From: Nemertoderma westbladi
Lineage: Eukaryota > Animalia > Xenacoelomorpha
Direction of reading: 5' to 3'
NCBI GenBank assembly: GCA_032718475.1
Contig: JAUCBJ010009124.1
Location: 1 to 64,000, forward strand
Length of the DNA: 64,000 bases
The notes under the pieces are model-generated. The model was not told the DNA's origin. It searched no databases and worked only from the letters and a program-made list of their open reading frames with translations. Below, in pieces: positions 39,251-54,869 of the stretch. Position 1 is the first letter of the stretch. Every line of letters begins with the position of its first letter. Made by a program: the position numbers and the translations under genes.

Positions 39251-42200
39251 CTTTCAACCGGGAGGTCACCATTTCGACCGTAATCAGTCAGACTTTCAAC
39301 CGGGAGGTCACCATTTCGACCGTAATCAGTCAGACTTTCAACCGGGAGGTCACCATTTCGACCGTAATCAGTCAGACTTTCAACCGGGAGGTCACCATTT
39401 CGACCGTAATCAGTCAGACTTTCAACCGGGAGGTCACCATTTCGACCGTAAACAGTCAGACTTTCAACCGGGAGGTCACCATTTCGACCGTAATCAGTCA
39501 GACTTTCAACCGGGAGGTCACCACTTCGACCGTAATCAGTCAGACTTTCAACCGGGAGGTCACCATTTCGACCGTAATCAGTCAGACTTTCAACCGGGAG
39601 GTCACCATTTCGACCGTAAACAGTCAGACTTTCAACCGGGAGGTCACCACTTCGACCGTAATCAGTCAGACTTTCAACCGGGAGGTCACCATTTCGACCG
39701 TAATCAGTCAGACTTTCAACCGGGAGGTCACCATTTCGACCGTAATCAGTCAGACTTTCAACCGGGAGGTCACCATTTCGACCGTAATCAGTCAGACTTT
39801 CAACCGGGAGGTCACCATTTCGACCGTAATCAGTCAGACTTTCAACCGGGAGGTCACCATTTCGATCGTAATCAGTCAGACTTTCAACCGGGAGGTCACC
39901 ATTTCGACCGTAATCAGTCAGACTTTCAACCGGGAGGTCACCATTTCGACCGTAATCAGTCAGACTTTCAACCGGGAGGTCACCATTTCGACCGTAATCA
40001 GTCAGACTTTCAACCGGGAGGTCACCATTTCGACCGTAATCAGTCAGACTTTCAACCGGGAGGTCACCATTTCGACCGTAATCAGTCAGACTTTCAACCG
40101 GGAGGTCACCATTTCGACCGTAATCAGTCAGACTTTCAACCGGGAGGTCACCATTTCGACCGTAATCAGTCAGACTTTCAACCGGGAGGTCACCATTTCG
40201 ACCGTAATCAGTCAGACTTTCAACCGGGAGGTCACCATTTCGACCGTAATCAGTCAGACTTTCATCCGGGAGGTCACCATTTCGACCGTAATCAGTCAGA
40301 CTTTCAACCGGGAGGTCACCATTTCGACCGTAATCAGACAGACTTTCAACCGGGAGGTCACCATTTCGACCGTAATCAGTCAGACTTTCAACCGGGAGGT
40401 CACCATTTCGACCGTAATCAGTCAGACTTTCAACCGGGAGGTCACCATTTCGACCGTAATCAGACAGACTTTCAACCGGGAGGTCACCATTTCGATCGTA
40501 ATCAGTCAGACTTTCAACCGGGAGGTCACCATTTCGACCGTAATCAGTCAGACTTTCAACCGGGAGGTCTCCATTTCGATCGTAATCAGACAGACTTTCA
40601 ACCGGGAGGTCACCATTTCGACCGTAATCAGTCAGACTTTCAACCGGGAGGTCACCACTTCGACCGTAATCAGACAGACTTTCAACCGGGAGGTCACCAT
40701 TTCGACCGTAATCAGTCAGACTTTCAACCGGGAGGTCACCATTTCGATCGTAATCAGTCAGACTTTCAACCGGGAGGTCACCACTTCGACCGTAATCAGA
40801 CAGACTTTCAACCGGGAGGTCACCATTTCGATCGTAATCAGTCAGACTTTCAACCGGGAGGTCACCATTTCGACCGTAATCAGTCAGACTTTCAACCGGG
40901 AGGTCTCCATTTCGATCGTAATCAGACAGACTTTCAACCGGGAGGTCACCATTTCGACCGTAATCAGTCAGACTTTCAACCGGGAGGTCACCACTTCGAC
41001 CGTAATCAGACAGACTTTCAACCGGGAGGTCACCATTTCGACCGTAATCAGTCAGACTTTCAACCGGGAGGTCACCATTTCGATCGTAATCAGTCAGACT
41101 TTCAACCGGGAGGTCACCATTTCGACCGTAATCAGACAGACTTTCAACCGGGAGGTCACCATTTCGACCGTAATCAGTCAGACTTTCAACCGGGAGGTCA
41201 CCATTTCGACCGTAATCAGTCAGACTTTCAACCGGGAGGTCACCATTTCGACCGTAATCAGTCAGACTTTCAACCGGGAGGTCACCATTTCGACCGTAAT
41301 CAGTCAGACTTTCAACCGGGAGGTCACCATTTCGACCGTAATCAGTCAGACTTTCAACCGGGAGGTCACCATTTCGACCGTAATCAGTCAGACTTTCAAC
41401 CGGGAGGTCACCATTTCGACCGTAATCAGTCAGACTTTCAACCGGGAGGTCACCATTTCGACCGTAATCAGTCAGACTTTCAACCGGGAGGTCACCATTT
41501 CGACCGTAATCAGTCAGACTTTCAACCGGGAGGTCACCATTTCGACCGTAATCAGTCAGACTTTCAACCGGGAGGTCACCATTTCGACCGTAATCAGTCA
41601 GACTTTCAACCGGGAGGTCACCATTTCGACCGTAATCAGTCAGACTTTCAACCGGGAGGTCACCATTTCGACCGTAATCAGTCAGACTTTCAACCGGGAT
41701 GTCACCATTTCGACCGTAATCAGTCAGACTTTCAACCGGGAGGTCACCATTTCGATCGTAATCAGTCAGACTTTCAACCGGGAGGTCACCACTTCGACCG
41801 TAATCAGTCAGACTTTCAACCGGGAGGTCACCATTTCGACCGTAATCAGTCAGACTTTCATCCGGGAGGTCACCATTTCGACCGTAATCAGTCAGACTTT
41901 CAACCGGGAGGTCACCATTTCGACCGTAATCAGTCAGACTTTCAACCGGGAGGTCACCATTTCGACCGTAATCAGTCAGACTTTCAACCGGGAGGTCACC
42001 ATTTCGACCGTAATCAGTCAGACTTTCAACCGGGAGGTCACCATTTCGACCGTAATCAGTCAGACTTTCAACCGGGAGGTCACCATTTCGACCGTAATCA
42101 GTCAGACTTTCAACCGGGAGGTCACCATTTCGACCGTAATCAGTCAGACTTTCAACCGGGAGGTCACCATTTCGACCGTAATCAGTCAGACTTTCAACCG

Positions 42201-45200
42201 GGAGGTCACCATTTCGACCGTAATCAGTCAGACTTTCAACCGGGAGGTCACCATTTCGACCGTAATCAGTCAGACTTTCAACCGGGAGGTCACCATTTCG
42301 ACCGTAATCAGTCAGACTTTCAACCGGGAGGTCACCACTTCGACCGTAATCAGTCAGACTTTCAACCGGGAGGTCACCATTTCGACCGTAATCAGTCAGA
42401 CTTTCAACCGGGAGGTCACCATTTCGACCGTAATCAGTCAGACTTTCAACCGGGAGGTCACCATTTCGACCGTAATCAGTCAGACTTTCAACCGGGAGGT
42501 CACCATTTCGACCGTAATCAGTCAGACTTTCAACCGGGAGGTCACCATTTCGACCGTAATCAGTCAGACTTTCAACCGGGAGGTCACCATTTCGACCGTA
42601 ATCAGTCAGACTTTCAACCGGGAGGTCACCATTTCGACCGTAATCAGTCAGACTTTCAACCGGGAGGTCACCATTTCGACCGTAATCAGTCAGACTTTCA
42701 ACCGGGAGGTCACCATTTCGACCGTAATCAGTCAGACTTTCAACCGGGAGGTCACCATTTCGACCGTAATCAGTCAGACTTTCAACCGGGAGGTCACCAT
42801 TTCGACCGTAATCAGTCAGACTTTCAACCGGGAGGTCACCATTTCGACCGTAATCAGTCAGACTTTCAACCGGGAGGTCACCATTTCGACCGTAATCAGT
42901 CAGACTTTCAACCGGGAGGTCACCATTTCGACCGTAATCAGTCAGACTTTCAACCGGGAGGTCACCATTTCGATCGTAATCAGTCAGACTTTCAACCGGG
43001 AGGTCACCATTTCGACCGTAATCAGTCAGACTTTCAACCGGGAGGTCACCATTTCGACCGTAATCAGTCAGACTTTCAACCGGGAGGTCACCATTTCGAT
43101 CGTAATCAGTCAGACTTTCAACCGGGAGGTCACCATTTCGACCGTAATCAGTCAGACTTTCAACCGGGAGGTCACCATTTCGACCGTAATCAGTCAGACT
43201 TTCAACCGGGAGGTCACCATTTCGACCGTAATCAGTCAGACTTTCAACCGGGAGGTCACCATTTCGACCGTAATCAGTCAGACTTTCAACCGGGAGGTCA
43301 CCATTTCGACCGTAATCAGTCAGACTTTCAACCGGGAGGTCACCATTTCGACCGTAATCAGTCAGACTTTCAACCGGGAGGTCACCATTTCGATCGTAAT
43401 CAGTCAGACTTTCAACCGGGAGGTCACCATTTCGACCGTAATCAGTCAGACTTTCAACCGGGAGGTCACCATTTCGACCGTAATCAGTCAGACTTTCAAC
43501 CGGGAGGTCACCATTTCGACCGTAATCAGTCAGACTTTCAACCGGGAGGTCACCATTTCGACCGTAATCAGTCAGACTTTCAACCGGGAGGTCACCATTT
43601 CGACCGTAATCAGTCAGACTTTCAACCGGGAGGTCACCATTTCGACCGTAATCAGTCAGACTTTCAACCGGGAGGTCACCATTTCGACCGTAATCAGTCA
43701 GACTTTCAACCGGGAGGTCACCATTTCGACCGTAATCAGTCAGACTTTCAACCGGGAGGTCACCATTTCGACCGTAATCAGTCAGACTTTCAACCGGGAG
43801 GTCACCATTTCGACCGTAATCAGTCAGACTTTCAACCGGGAGGTCACCATTTCGACCGTAATCAGTCAGACTTTCAACCGGGAGGTCACCATTTCGACCG
43901 TAATCAGTCAGACTTTCAACCGGGAGGTCACCATTTCGACCGTAATCAGTCAGACTTTCAACCGGGAGGTCACCATTTCGACCGTAATCAGTCAGACTTT
44001 CAACCGGGAGGTCACCATTTCGACCGTAATCAGTCAGACTTTCAACCGGGAGGTCACCATTTCGACCGTAATCAGTCAGACTTTCAACCGGGAGGTCACC
44101 ATTTCGACCGTAATCAGTCAGACTTTCAACCGGGAGGTCACCATTTCGACCGTAATCAGTCAGACTTTCAACCGGGAGGTCACCATTTCGACCGTAATCA
44201 GTCAGACTTTCAACCGGGAGGTCACCATTTCGACCGTAATCAGTCAGACTTTCAACCGGGAGGTCACCATTTCGACCGTAATCAGTCAGACTTTCAACCG
44301 GGAGGTCACCATTTCGACCGTAATCAGTCAGACTTTCAACCGGGAGGTCACCATTTCGACCGTAATCAGTCAGACTTTCAACCGGGAGGTCACCATTTCG
44401 ACCGTAATCAGTCAGACTTTCAACCGGGAGGTCACCATTTCGACCGTAATCAGTCAGACTTTCAACCGGGAGGTCACCATTTCGACCGTAATCAGTCAGA
44501 CTTTCAACCGGGAGGTCACCATTTCGACCGTAATCAGTCAGACTTTCAACCGGGAGGTCACCATTTCGACCGTAATCAGTCAGACTTTCAACCGGGAGGT
44601 CACCATTTCGACCGTAATCAGTCAGACTTTCAACCGGGAGGTCACCATTTCGACCGTAATCAGTCAGACTTTCAACCGGGAGGTCACCATTTCGACCGTA
44701 ATCAGTCAGACTTTCAACCGGGAGGTCACCATTTCGACCGTAATCAGTCAGACTTTCAACCGGGAGGTCACCATTTCGACCGTAATCAGTCAGACTTTCA
44801 ACCGGGAGGTCACCATTTCGACCGTAATCAGTCAGACTTTCAACCGGGAGGTCACCATTTCGACCGTAATCAGTCAGACTTTCAACCGGGAGGTCACCAT
44901 TTCGACCGTAATCAGTCAGACTTTCAACCGGGAGGTCACCATTTCGACCGTAATCAGTCAGACTTTCAACCGGGAGGTCACCATTTCGACCGTAATCAGT
45001 CAGACTTTCAACCGGGAGGTCACCATTTCGACCGTAATCAGTCAGACTTTCAACCGGGAGGTCACCATTTCGACCGTAATCAGTCAGACTTTCAACCGGG
45101 AGGTCACCATTTCGACCGTAATCAGTCAGACTTTCAACCGGGAGGTCACCATTTCGACCGTAATCAGTCAGACTTTCAACCGGGAGGTCACCATTTCGAC

Positions 45201-48200
45201 CGTAATCAGTCAGACTTTCAACCGGGAGGTCACCATTTCGACCGTAATCAGTCAGACTTTCAACCGGGAGGTCACCATTTCGACCGTAATCAGTCAGACT
45301 TTCAACCGGGAGGTCACCATTTCGACCGTAATCAGTCAGACTTTCAACCGGGAGGTCACCATTTCGACCGTAATCAGTCAGACTTTCAACCGGGAGGTCA
45401 CCATTTCGACCGTAATCAGTCAGACTTTCAACCGGGAGGTCACCATTTCGATCGTAATCAGTCAGACTTTCAACCGGGAGGTCACCATTTCGACCGTAAT
45501 CAGTCAGACTTTCAACCGGGAGGTCACCATTTCGACCGTAATCAGTCAGACTTTCAACCGGGAGGTCACCATTTCGACCGTAATCAGTCAGACTTTCAAC
45601 CGGGAGGTCACCATTTCGACCGTAATCAGTCAGACTTTCAACCGGGAGGTCACCATTTCGACCGTAATCAGTCAGACTTTCAACCGGGAGGTCACCATTT
45701 CGACCGTAATCAGTCAGACTTTCAACCGGGAGGTCACCATTTCGACCGTAATCAGTCAGACTTTCAACCGGGAGGTCACCATTTCGATCGTAATCAGTCA
45801 GACTTTCAACCGGGAGGTCACCATTTCGACCGTAATCAGTCAGACTTTCAACCGGGAGGTCACCATTTCGACCGTAATCAGTCAGACTTTCAACCGGGAG
45901 GTCACCATTTCGACCGTAATCAGTCAGACTTTCAACCGGGAGGTCACCATTTCGACCGTAATCAGTCAGACTTTCAACCGGGAGGTCACCATTTCGACCG
46001 TAATCAGTCAGACTTTCAACCGGGAGGTCACCATTTCGACCGTAATCAGTCAGACTTTCAACCGGGAGGTCACCATTTCGACCGTAATCAGTCAGACTTT
46101 CAACCGGGAGGTCACCATTTCGATCGTAATCAGTCAGACTTTCAACCGGGAGGTCACCATTTCGACCGTAATCAGTCAGACTTTCAACCGGGAGGTCACC
46201 ATTTCGACCGTAATCAGTCAGACTTTCAACCGGGAGGTCACCATTTCGACCGTAATCAGTCAGACTTTCAACCGGGAGGTCACCATTTCGATCCGTAATC
46301 AGNNNNNNNNNNNNNNNNNNNNNNNNNNNNNNNNNNNNNNNNNNNNNNNNNNNNNNNNNNNNNNNNNNNNNNNNNNNNNNNNNNNNNNNNNNNNNNNNNN
46401 NNTCACCATTTCGACCGTAATCAGTCAGACTTTCAACCGGGAGGTCACCATTTCGACCGTAATCAGTCAGACTTTCAACCGGGAGGTCACCATTTCGACC
46501 GTAATCAGTCAGACTTTCAACCGGGAGGTCACCATTTCGACCGTAATCAGTCAGACTTTCAACCGGGAGGTCACCATTTCGACCGTAATCAGTCAGACTT
46601 TCAACCGGGAGGTCACCATTTCGACCGTAATCAGTCAGACTTTCAACCGGGAGGTCACCATTTCGACCGTAATCAGTCAGACTTTCAACCGGGAGGTCAC
46701 CATTTCGACCGTAATCAGTCAGACTTTCAACCGGGAGGTCACCATTTCGACCGTAATCAGTCAGACTTTCAACCGGGAGGTCACCATTTCGACCGTAATC
46801 AGTCAGACTTTCAACCGGGAGGTCACCATTTCGACCGTAATCAGTCAGACTTTCAACCGGGAGGTCACCATTTCGACCGTAATCAGTCAGACTTTCAACC
46901 GGGAGGTCACCATTTCGACCGTAATCAGTCAGACTTTCAACCGGGAGGTCACCATTTCGACCGTAATCAGTCAGACTTTCAACCGGGAGGTCACCATTTC
47001 GACCGTAATCAGTCAGACTTTCAACCGGGAGGTCACCATTTCGACCGTAATCAGTCAGACTTTCAACCGGGAGGTCACCATTTCGACCGTAATCAGTCAG
47101 ACTTTCAACCGGGAGGTCACCATTTCGACCGTAATCAGTCAGACTTTCAACCGGGAGGTCACCATTTCGACCGTAATCAGTCAGACTTTCAACCGGGAGG
47201 TCACCATTTCGACCGTAATCAGTCAGACTTTCAACCGGGAGGTCACCATTTCGACCGTAATCAGTCAGACTTTCAACCGGGAGGTCACCATTTCGACCGT
47301 AATCAGTCAGACTTTCAACCGGGAGGTCACCATTTCGACCGTAATCAGTCAGACTTTCAACCGGGAGGTCACCATTTCGACCGTAATCAGTCAGACTTTC
47401 AACCGGGAGGTCACCATTTCGACCGTAATCAGTCAGACTTTCAACCGGGAGGTCACCATTTCGACCGTAATCAGTCAGACTTTCAACCGGGAGGTCACCA
47501 TTTCGACCGTAATCAGTCAGACTTTCAACCGGGAGGTCACCATTTCGACCGTAATCAGTCAGACTTTCAACCGGGAGGTCACCATTTCGACCGTAATCAG
47601 TCAGACTTTCAACCGGGAGGTCACCATTTCGACCGTAATCAGTCAGACTTTCAACCGGGAGGTCACCATTTCGACCGTAATCAGTCAGACTTTCAACCGG
47701 GAGGTCACCATTTCGACCGTAATCAGTCAGACTTTCAACCGGGAGGTCACCATTTCGACCGTAATCAGTCAGACTTTCAACCGGGAGGTCACCATTTCGA
47801 CCGTAATCAGTCAGACTTTCAACCGGGAGGTCACCATTTCGACCGTAATCAGTCAGACTTTCAACCGGGAGGTCACCATTTCGACCGTAATCAGTCAGAC
47901 TTTCAACCGGGAGGTCACCATTTCGACCGTAATCAGTCAGACTTTCAACCGGGAGGTCACCATTTCGACCGTAATCAGTCAGACTTTCAACCGGGAGGTC
48001 ACCATTTCGACCGTAATCAGTCAGACTTTCAACCGGGAGGTCACCATTTCGACCGTAATCAGTCAGACTTTCAACCGGGAGGTCACCATTTCGACCGTAA
48101 TCAGTCAGACTTTCAACCGGGAGGTCACCATTTCGACCGTAATCAGTCAGACTTTCAACCGGGAGGTCACCATTTCGACCGTAATCAGTCAGACTTTCAA

Positions 48201-51200
48201 CCGGGAGGTCACCATTTCGACCGTAATCAGTCAGACTTTCAACCGGGAGGTCACCATTTCGATCGTAATCAGTCAGACTTTCAACCGGGAGGTCACCATT
48301 TCGATCGTAATCAGTCAGACTTTCAACCGGGAGGTCACCATTTCGACCGTAATCAGTCAGACTTTCAACCGGGAGGTCACCATTTCGACCGTAATCAGTC
48401 AGACTTTCAACCGGGAGGTCACCATTTCGACCGTAATCAGTCAGACTTTCAACCGGGAGGTCACCATTTCGACCGTAATCAGTCAGACTTTCAACCGGGA
48501 GGTCACCATTTCGACCGTAATCAGTCAGACTTTCAACCGGGAGGTCACCATTTCGACCGTAATCAGTCAGACTTTCAACCGGGAGGTCACCATTTCGACC
48601 GTAATCAGTCAGACTTTCAACCGGGAGGTCACCATTTCGACCGTAATCAGTCAGACTTTCAACCGGGAGGTCACCATTTCGACCGTAATCAGTCAGACTT
48701 TCAACCGGGAGGTCACCATTTCGACCGTAATCAGTCAGACTTTCAACCGGGAGGTCACCATTTCGACCGTAATCAGTCAGACTTTCAACCGGGAGGTCAC
48801 CATTTCGACCGTAATCAGTCAGACTTTCAACCGGGAGGTCACCATTTCGACCGTAATCAGTCAGACTTTCAACCGGGAGGTCACCATTTCGACCGTAATC
48901 AGTCAGACTTTCAACCGGGAGGTCACCATTTCGACCGTAATCAGTCAGACTTTCAACCGGGAGGTCACCATTTCGACCGTAATCAGTCAGACTTTCAACC
49001 GGGAGGTCACCATTTCGACCGTAATCAGTCAGACTTTCAACCGGGAGGTCACCATTTCGACCGTAATCAGTCAGACTTTCAACCGGGAGGTCACCATTTC
49101 GACCGTAATCAGTCAGACTTTCAACCGGGAGGTCACCATTTCGACCGTAATCAGTCAGACTTTCAACCGGGAGGTCACCATTTCGACCGTAATCAGTCAG
49201 ACTTTCAACCGGGAGGTCACCATTTCGACCGTAATCAGTCAGACTTTCAACCGGGAGGTCACCATTTCGACCGTAATCAGTCAGACTTTCAACCGGGAGG
49301 TCACCATTTCGACCGTAATCAGTCAGACTTTCAACCGGGAGGTCACCATTTCGACCGTAATCAGTCAGACTTTCAACCGGGAGGTCACCATTTCGACCGT
49401 AATCAGTCAGACTTTCAACCGGGAGGTCACCATTTCGACCGTAATCAGTCAGACTTTCAACCGGGAGGTCACCATTTCGACCGTAATCAGTCAGACTTTC
49501 AACCGGGAGGTCACCATTTCGACCGTAATCAGTCAGACTTTCAACCGGGAGGTCACCATTTCGACCGTAATCAGTCAGACTTTCAACCGGGAGGTCACCA
49601 TTTCGACCGTAATCAGTCAGACTTTCAACCGGGAGGTCACCATTTCGACCGTAATCAGTCAGACTTTCAACCGGGAGGTCACCATTTCGACCGTAATCAG
49701 TCAGACTTTCAACCGGGAGGTCACCATTTCGACCGTAATCAGTCAGACTTTCAACCGGGAGGTCACCATTTCGACCGTAATCAGTCAGACTTTCAACCGG
49801 GAGGTCACCATTTCGACCGTAATCAGTCAGACTTTCAACCGGGAGGTCACCATTTCGACCGTAATCAGTCAGACTTTCAACCGGGAGGTCACCATTTCGA
49901 CCGTAATCAGTCAGACTTTCAACCGGGAGGTCACCATTTCGACCGTAATCAGTCAGACTTTCAACCGGGAGGTCACCATTTCGACCGTAATCAGTCAGAC
50001 TTTCAACCGGGAGGTCACCATTTCGACCGTAATCAGTCAGACTTTCAACCGGGAGGTCACCATTTCGACCGTAATCAGTCAGACTTTCAACCGGGAGGTC
50101 ACCATTTCGACCGTAATCAGTCAGACTTTCAACCGGGAGGTCACCATTTCGACCGTAATCAGTCAGACTTTCAACCGGGAGGTCACCATTTCGACCGTAA
50201 TCAGTCAGACTTTCAACCGGGAGGTCACCATTTCGACCGTAATCAGTCAGACTTTCAACCGGGAGGTCACCATTTCGACCGTAATCAGTCAGACTTTCAA
50301 CCGGGAGGTCACCATTTCGACCGTAATCAGTCAGACTTTCAACCGGGAGGTCACCATTTCGACCGTAATCAGTCAGACTTTCAACCGGGAGGTCACCATT
50401 TCGACCGTAATCAGTCAGACTTTCAACCGGGAGGTCACCATTTCGACCGTAATCAGTCAGACTTTCAACCGGGAGGTCACCATTTCGACCGTAATCAGTC
50501 AGACTTTCAACCGGGAGGTCACCATTTCGACCGTAATCAGTCAGACTTTCAACCGGGAGGTCACCATTTCGACCGTAATCAGTCAGACTTTCAACCGGGA
50601 GGTCACCATTTCGACCGTAATCAGTCAGACTTTCAACCGGGAGGTCACCATTTCGACCGTAATCAGTCAGACTTTCAACCGGGAGGTCACCATTTCGACC
50701 GTAATCAGTCAGACTTTCAACCGGGAGGTCACCATTTCGACCGTAATCAGTCAGACTTTCAACCGGGAGGTCACCATTTCGACCGTAATCAGTCAGACTT
50801 TCAACCGGGAGGTCACCATTTCGACCGTAATCAGTCAGACTTTCAACCGGGAGGTCACCATTTCGACCGTAATCAGTCAGACTTTCAACCGGGAGGTCAC
50901 CATTTCGACCGTAATCAGTCAGACTTTCAACCGGGAGGTCACCATTTCGACCGTAATCAGTCAGACTTTCAACCGGGAGGTCACCATTTCGACCGTAATC
51001 AGTCAGACTTTCAACCGGGAGGTCACCATTTCGACCGTAATCAGTCAGACTTTCAACCGGGAGGTCACCATTTCGACCGTAATCAGTCAGACTTTCAACC
51101 GGGAGGTCACCATTTCGACCGTAATCAGTCAGACTTTCAACCGGGAGGTCACCATTTCGACCGTAATCAGTCAGACTTTCAACCGGGAGGTCACCATTTC

Positions 51201-54200
51201 GACCGTAATCAGTCAGACTTTCAACCGGGAGGTCACCATTTCGACCGTAATCAGTCAGACTTTCAACCGGGAGGTCACCATTTCGACCGTAATCAGTCAG
51301 ACTTTCAACCGGGAGGTCACCATTTCGACCGTAATCAGTCAGACTTTCAACCGGGAGGTCACCATTTCGACCGTAATCAGTCAGACTTTCAACCGGGAGG
51401 TCACCATTTCGACCGTAATCAGTCAGACTTTCAACCGGGAGGTCACCATTTCGACCGTAATCAGTCAGACTTTCAACCGGGAGGTCACCATTTCGACCGT
51501 AATCAGTCAGACTTTCAACCGGGAGGTCACCATTTCGACCGTAATCAGTCAGACTTTCAACCGGGAGGTCACCATTTCGACCGTAATCAGTCAGACTTTC
51601 AACCGGGAGGTCACCATTTCGACCGTAATCAGTCAGACTTTCAACCGGGAGGTCACCATTTCGACCGTAATCAGTCAGACTTTCAACCGGGAGGTCACCA
51701 TTTCGACCGTAATCAGTCAGACTTTCAACCGGGAGGTCACCATTTCGACCGTAATCAGTCAGACTTTCAACCGGGAGGTCACCATTTCGACCGTAATCAG
51801 TCAGACTTTCAACCGGGAGGTCACCATTTCGACCGTAATCAGTCAGACTTTCAACCGGGAGGTCACCATTTCGACCGTAATCAGTCAGACTTTCAACCGG
51901 GAGGTCACCATTTCGACCGTAATCAGTCAGACTTTCAACCGGGAGGTCACCATTTCGACCGTAATCAGTCAGACTTTCAACCGGGAGGTCACCATTTCGA
52001 CCGTAATCAGTCAGACTTTCAACCGGGAGGTCACCATTTCGACCGTAATCAGTCAGACTTTCAACCGGGAGGTCACCATTTCGACCGTAATCAGTCAGAC
52101 TTTCAACCGGGAGGTCACCATTTCGACCGTAATCAGTCAGACTTTCAACCGGGAGGTCACCATTTCGACCGTAATCAGTCAGACTTTCAACCGGGAGGTC
52201 ACCATTTCGACCGTAATCAGTCAGACTTTCAACCGGGAGGTCACCATTTCGACCGTAATCAGTCAGACTTTCAACCGGGAGGTCACCATTTCGACCGTAA
52301 TCAGTCAGACTTTCAACCGGGAGGTCACCATTTCGACCGTAATCAGTCAGACTTTCAACCGGGAGGTCACCATTTCGACCGTAATCAGTCAGACTTTCAA
52401 CCGGGAGGTCACCATTTCGACCGTAATCAGTCAGACTTTCAACCGGGAGGTCACCATTTCGACCGTAATCAGTCAGACTTTCAACCGGGAGGTCACCATT
52501 TCGACCGTAATCAGTCAGACTTTCAACCGGGAGGTCACCATTTCGACCGTAATCAGTCAGACTTTCAACCGGGAGGTCACCATTTCGACCGTAATCAGTC
52601 AGACTTTCAACCGGGAGGTCACCATTTCGACCGTAATCAGTCAGACTTTCAACCGGGAGGTCACCATTTCGACCGTAATCAGTCAGACTTTCAACCGGGA
52701 GGTCACCATTTCGACCGTAATCAGTCAGACTTTCAACCGGGAGGTCACCATTTCGACCGTAATCAGTCAGACTTTCAACCGGGAGGTCACCATTTCGACC
52801 GTAATCAGTCAGACTTTCAACCGGGAGGTCACCATTTCGACCGTAATCAGTCAGACTTTCAACCGGGAGGTCACCATTTCGACCGTAATCAGTCAGACTT
52901 TCAACCGGGAGGTCACCATTTCGACCGTAATCAGTCAGACTTTCAACCGGGAGGTCACCATTTCGACCGTAATCAGTCAGACTTTCAACCGGGAGGTCAC
53001 CATTTCGACCGTAATCAGTCAGACTTTCAACCGGGAGGTCACCATTTCGACCGTAATCAGTCAGACTTTCAACCGGGAGGTCACCATTTCGACCGTAATC
53101 AGTCAGACTTTCAACCGGGAGGTCACCATTTCGACCGTAATCAGTCAGACTTTCAACCGGGAGGTCACCATTTCGACCGTAATCAGTCAGACTTTCAACC
53201 GGGAGGTCACCATTTCGACCGTAATCAGTCAGACTTTCAACCGGGAGGTCACCATTTCGACCGTAATCAGTCAGACTTTCAACCGGGAGGTCACCATTTC
53301 GACCGTAATCAGTCAGACTTTCAACCGGGAGGTCACCATTTCGACCGTAATCAGTCAGACTTTCAACCGGGAGGTCACCATTTCGACCGTAATCAGTCAG
53401 ACTTTCAACCGGGAGGTCACCATTTCGACCGTAATCAGTCAGACTTTCAACCGGGAGGTCACCATTTCGACCGTAATCAGTCAGACTTTCAACCGGGAGG
53501 TCACCATTTCGACCGTAATCAGTCAGACTTTCAACCGGGAGGTCACCATTTCGATCGTAATCAGTCAGACTTTCAACCGGGAGGTCACCATTTCGACCGT
53601 AATCAGTCAGACTTTCAACCGGGAGGTCACCATTTCGACCGTAATCAGTCAGACTTTCAACCGGGAGGTCACCATTTCGACCGTAATCAGTCAGACTTTC
53701 AACCGGGAGGTCACCATTTCGACCGTAATCAGTCAGACTTTCAACCGGGAGGTCACCATTTCTATCGTAATCAGTCAGACTTTCAACCGGGAGGTCACCA
53801 TTTCGACCGTAATCAGTCAGACTTTCAACCGGGAGGTCACCATTTCGACCGTAATCAGTCAGACTTTCAACCGGGAGGTCACCATTTCGACCGTAATCAG
53901 TCAGACTTTCAACCGGGAGGTCACCATTTCGACCGTAATCAGTCAGACTTTCAACCGGGAGGTCACCATTTCGACCGTAATCAGTCAGACTTTCAACCGG
54001 GAGGTCACCATTTCGACCGTAATCAGTCAGACTTTCAACCGGGAGGTCACCATTTCGACCGTAATCAGTCAGACTTTCAACCGGGAGGTCACCATTTCGA
54101 CCGTAATCAGTCAGACTTTCAACCGGGAGGTCACCATTTCGACTGTAATCAGTCAGACTTTCAACCGGGAGGTCACCATTTCGACCGTAATCAGTCAGAC

Positions 54201-54814
54201 TTTCAACCGGGAGGTCACCATTTCGACCGTAATCAGTCAGACTTTCAACCGGGAGGTCACCATTTCGACCGTAATCAGTCAGACTTTCAACCGGGAGGTC
54301 ACCATTTCGACCGTAATCAGTCAGACTTTCAACCGGGAGGTCACCATTTTGACCGTAATCAGTCAGACTTTCAACCGGGAGGTCACCATTTCGACCGTAA
54401 TCAGTCAGACTTTCAACCGGGAGGTCACCATTTCGACCGTAATCAGTCAGACTTTCAACCGGGAGGTCACCATTTCGACCGTAATCAGTCAGACTTTCAA
54501 CCGGGAGGTCACCATTTCGACCGTAATCAGTCAGACTTTCAACCGGGAGGTCACCATTTCGACCGTAATCAGTCAGACTTTCAACCGGGAGGTCACCATT
54601 TCGACCGTAATCAGTCAGACTTTCAACCGGGAGGTCACCATTTCGACCGTAATCAGTCAGACTTTCAACCGGGAGGTCACCATTTCGACCGTAATCAGTC
54701 AGACTTTCAACCGGGAGGTCACCATTTCGACCGTAATCAGTCAGACTTTCAACCGGGAGGTCACCATTTCGACCGTAATCAGTCAGACTTTCAACCGGGA
54801 GGTCACCATTTCGA
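39251..54814. repeat. Intronic 42-bp satellite, at least ~370 copies, with an assembly gap
   Basis: Unit ctttcaaccgggaggtcaccatttcgaccgtaatcagtcaga; near-identical copies; 100 Ns at 46303-46402. Confidence 0.97.
46303..46402. other. Assembly gap (100 N)
   Basis: Run of N inside the 42-bp array. Confidence 0.99.
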
Positions 54815-54869
54815 TCCCACCTGGACATCATTGCCGATTTTGCAATGCTGGCCACAATAAAAGTTATAT
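54782..54869 (+). mobile_element. 3' remnant of the tRNA-like element from which the 42-bp satellite arose
   Basis: The last unit runs directly into gatcccacctggacatcattgccgattttgcaatgctggccacaataaaagttata, matching 38209-38266. Confidence 0.85.

Noticed and set aside
30451-54814. CRISPR-like arrays
   Set aside because: Head-to-tail repeats with no unique spacers, no cas genes, and a eukaryotic intron context.
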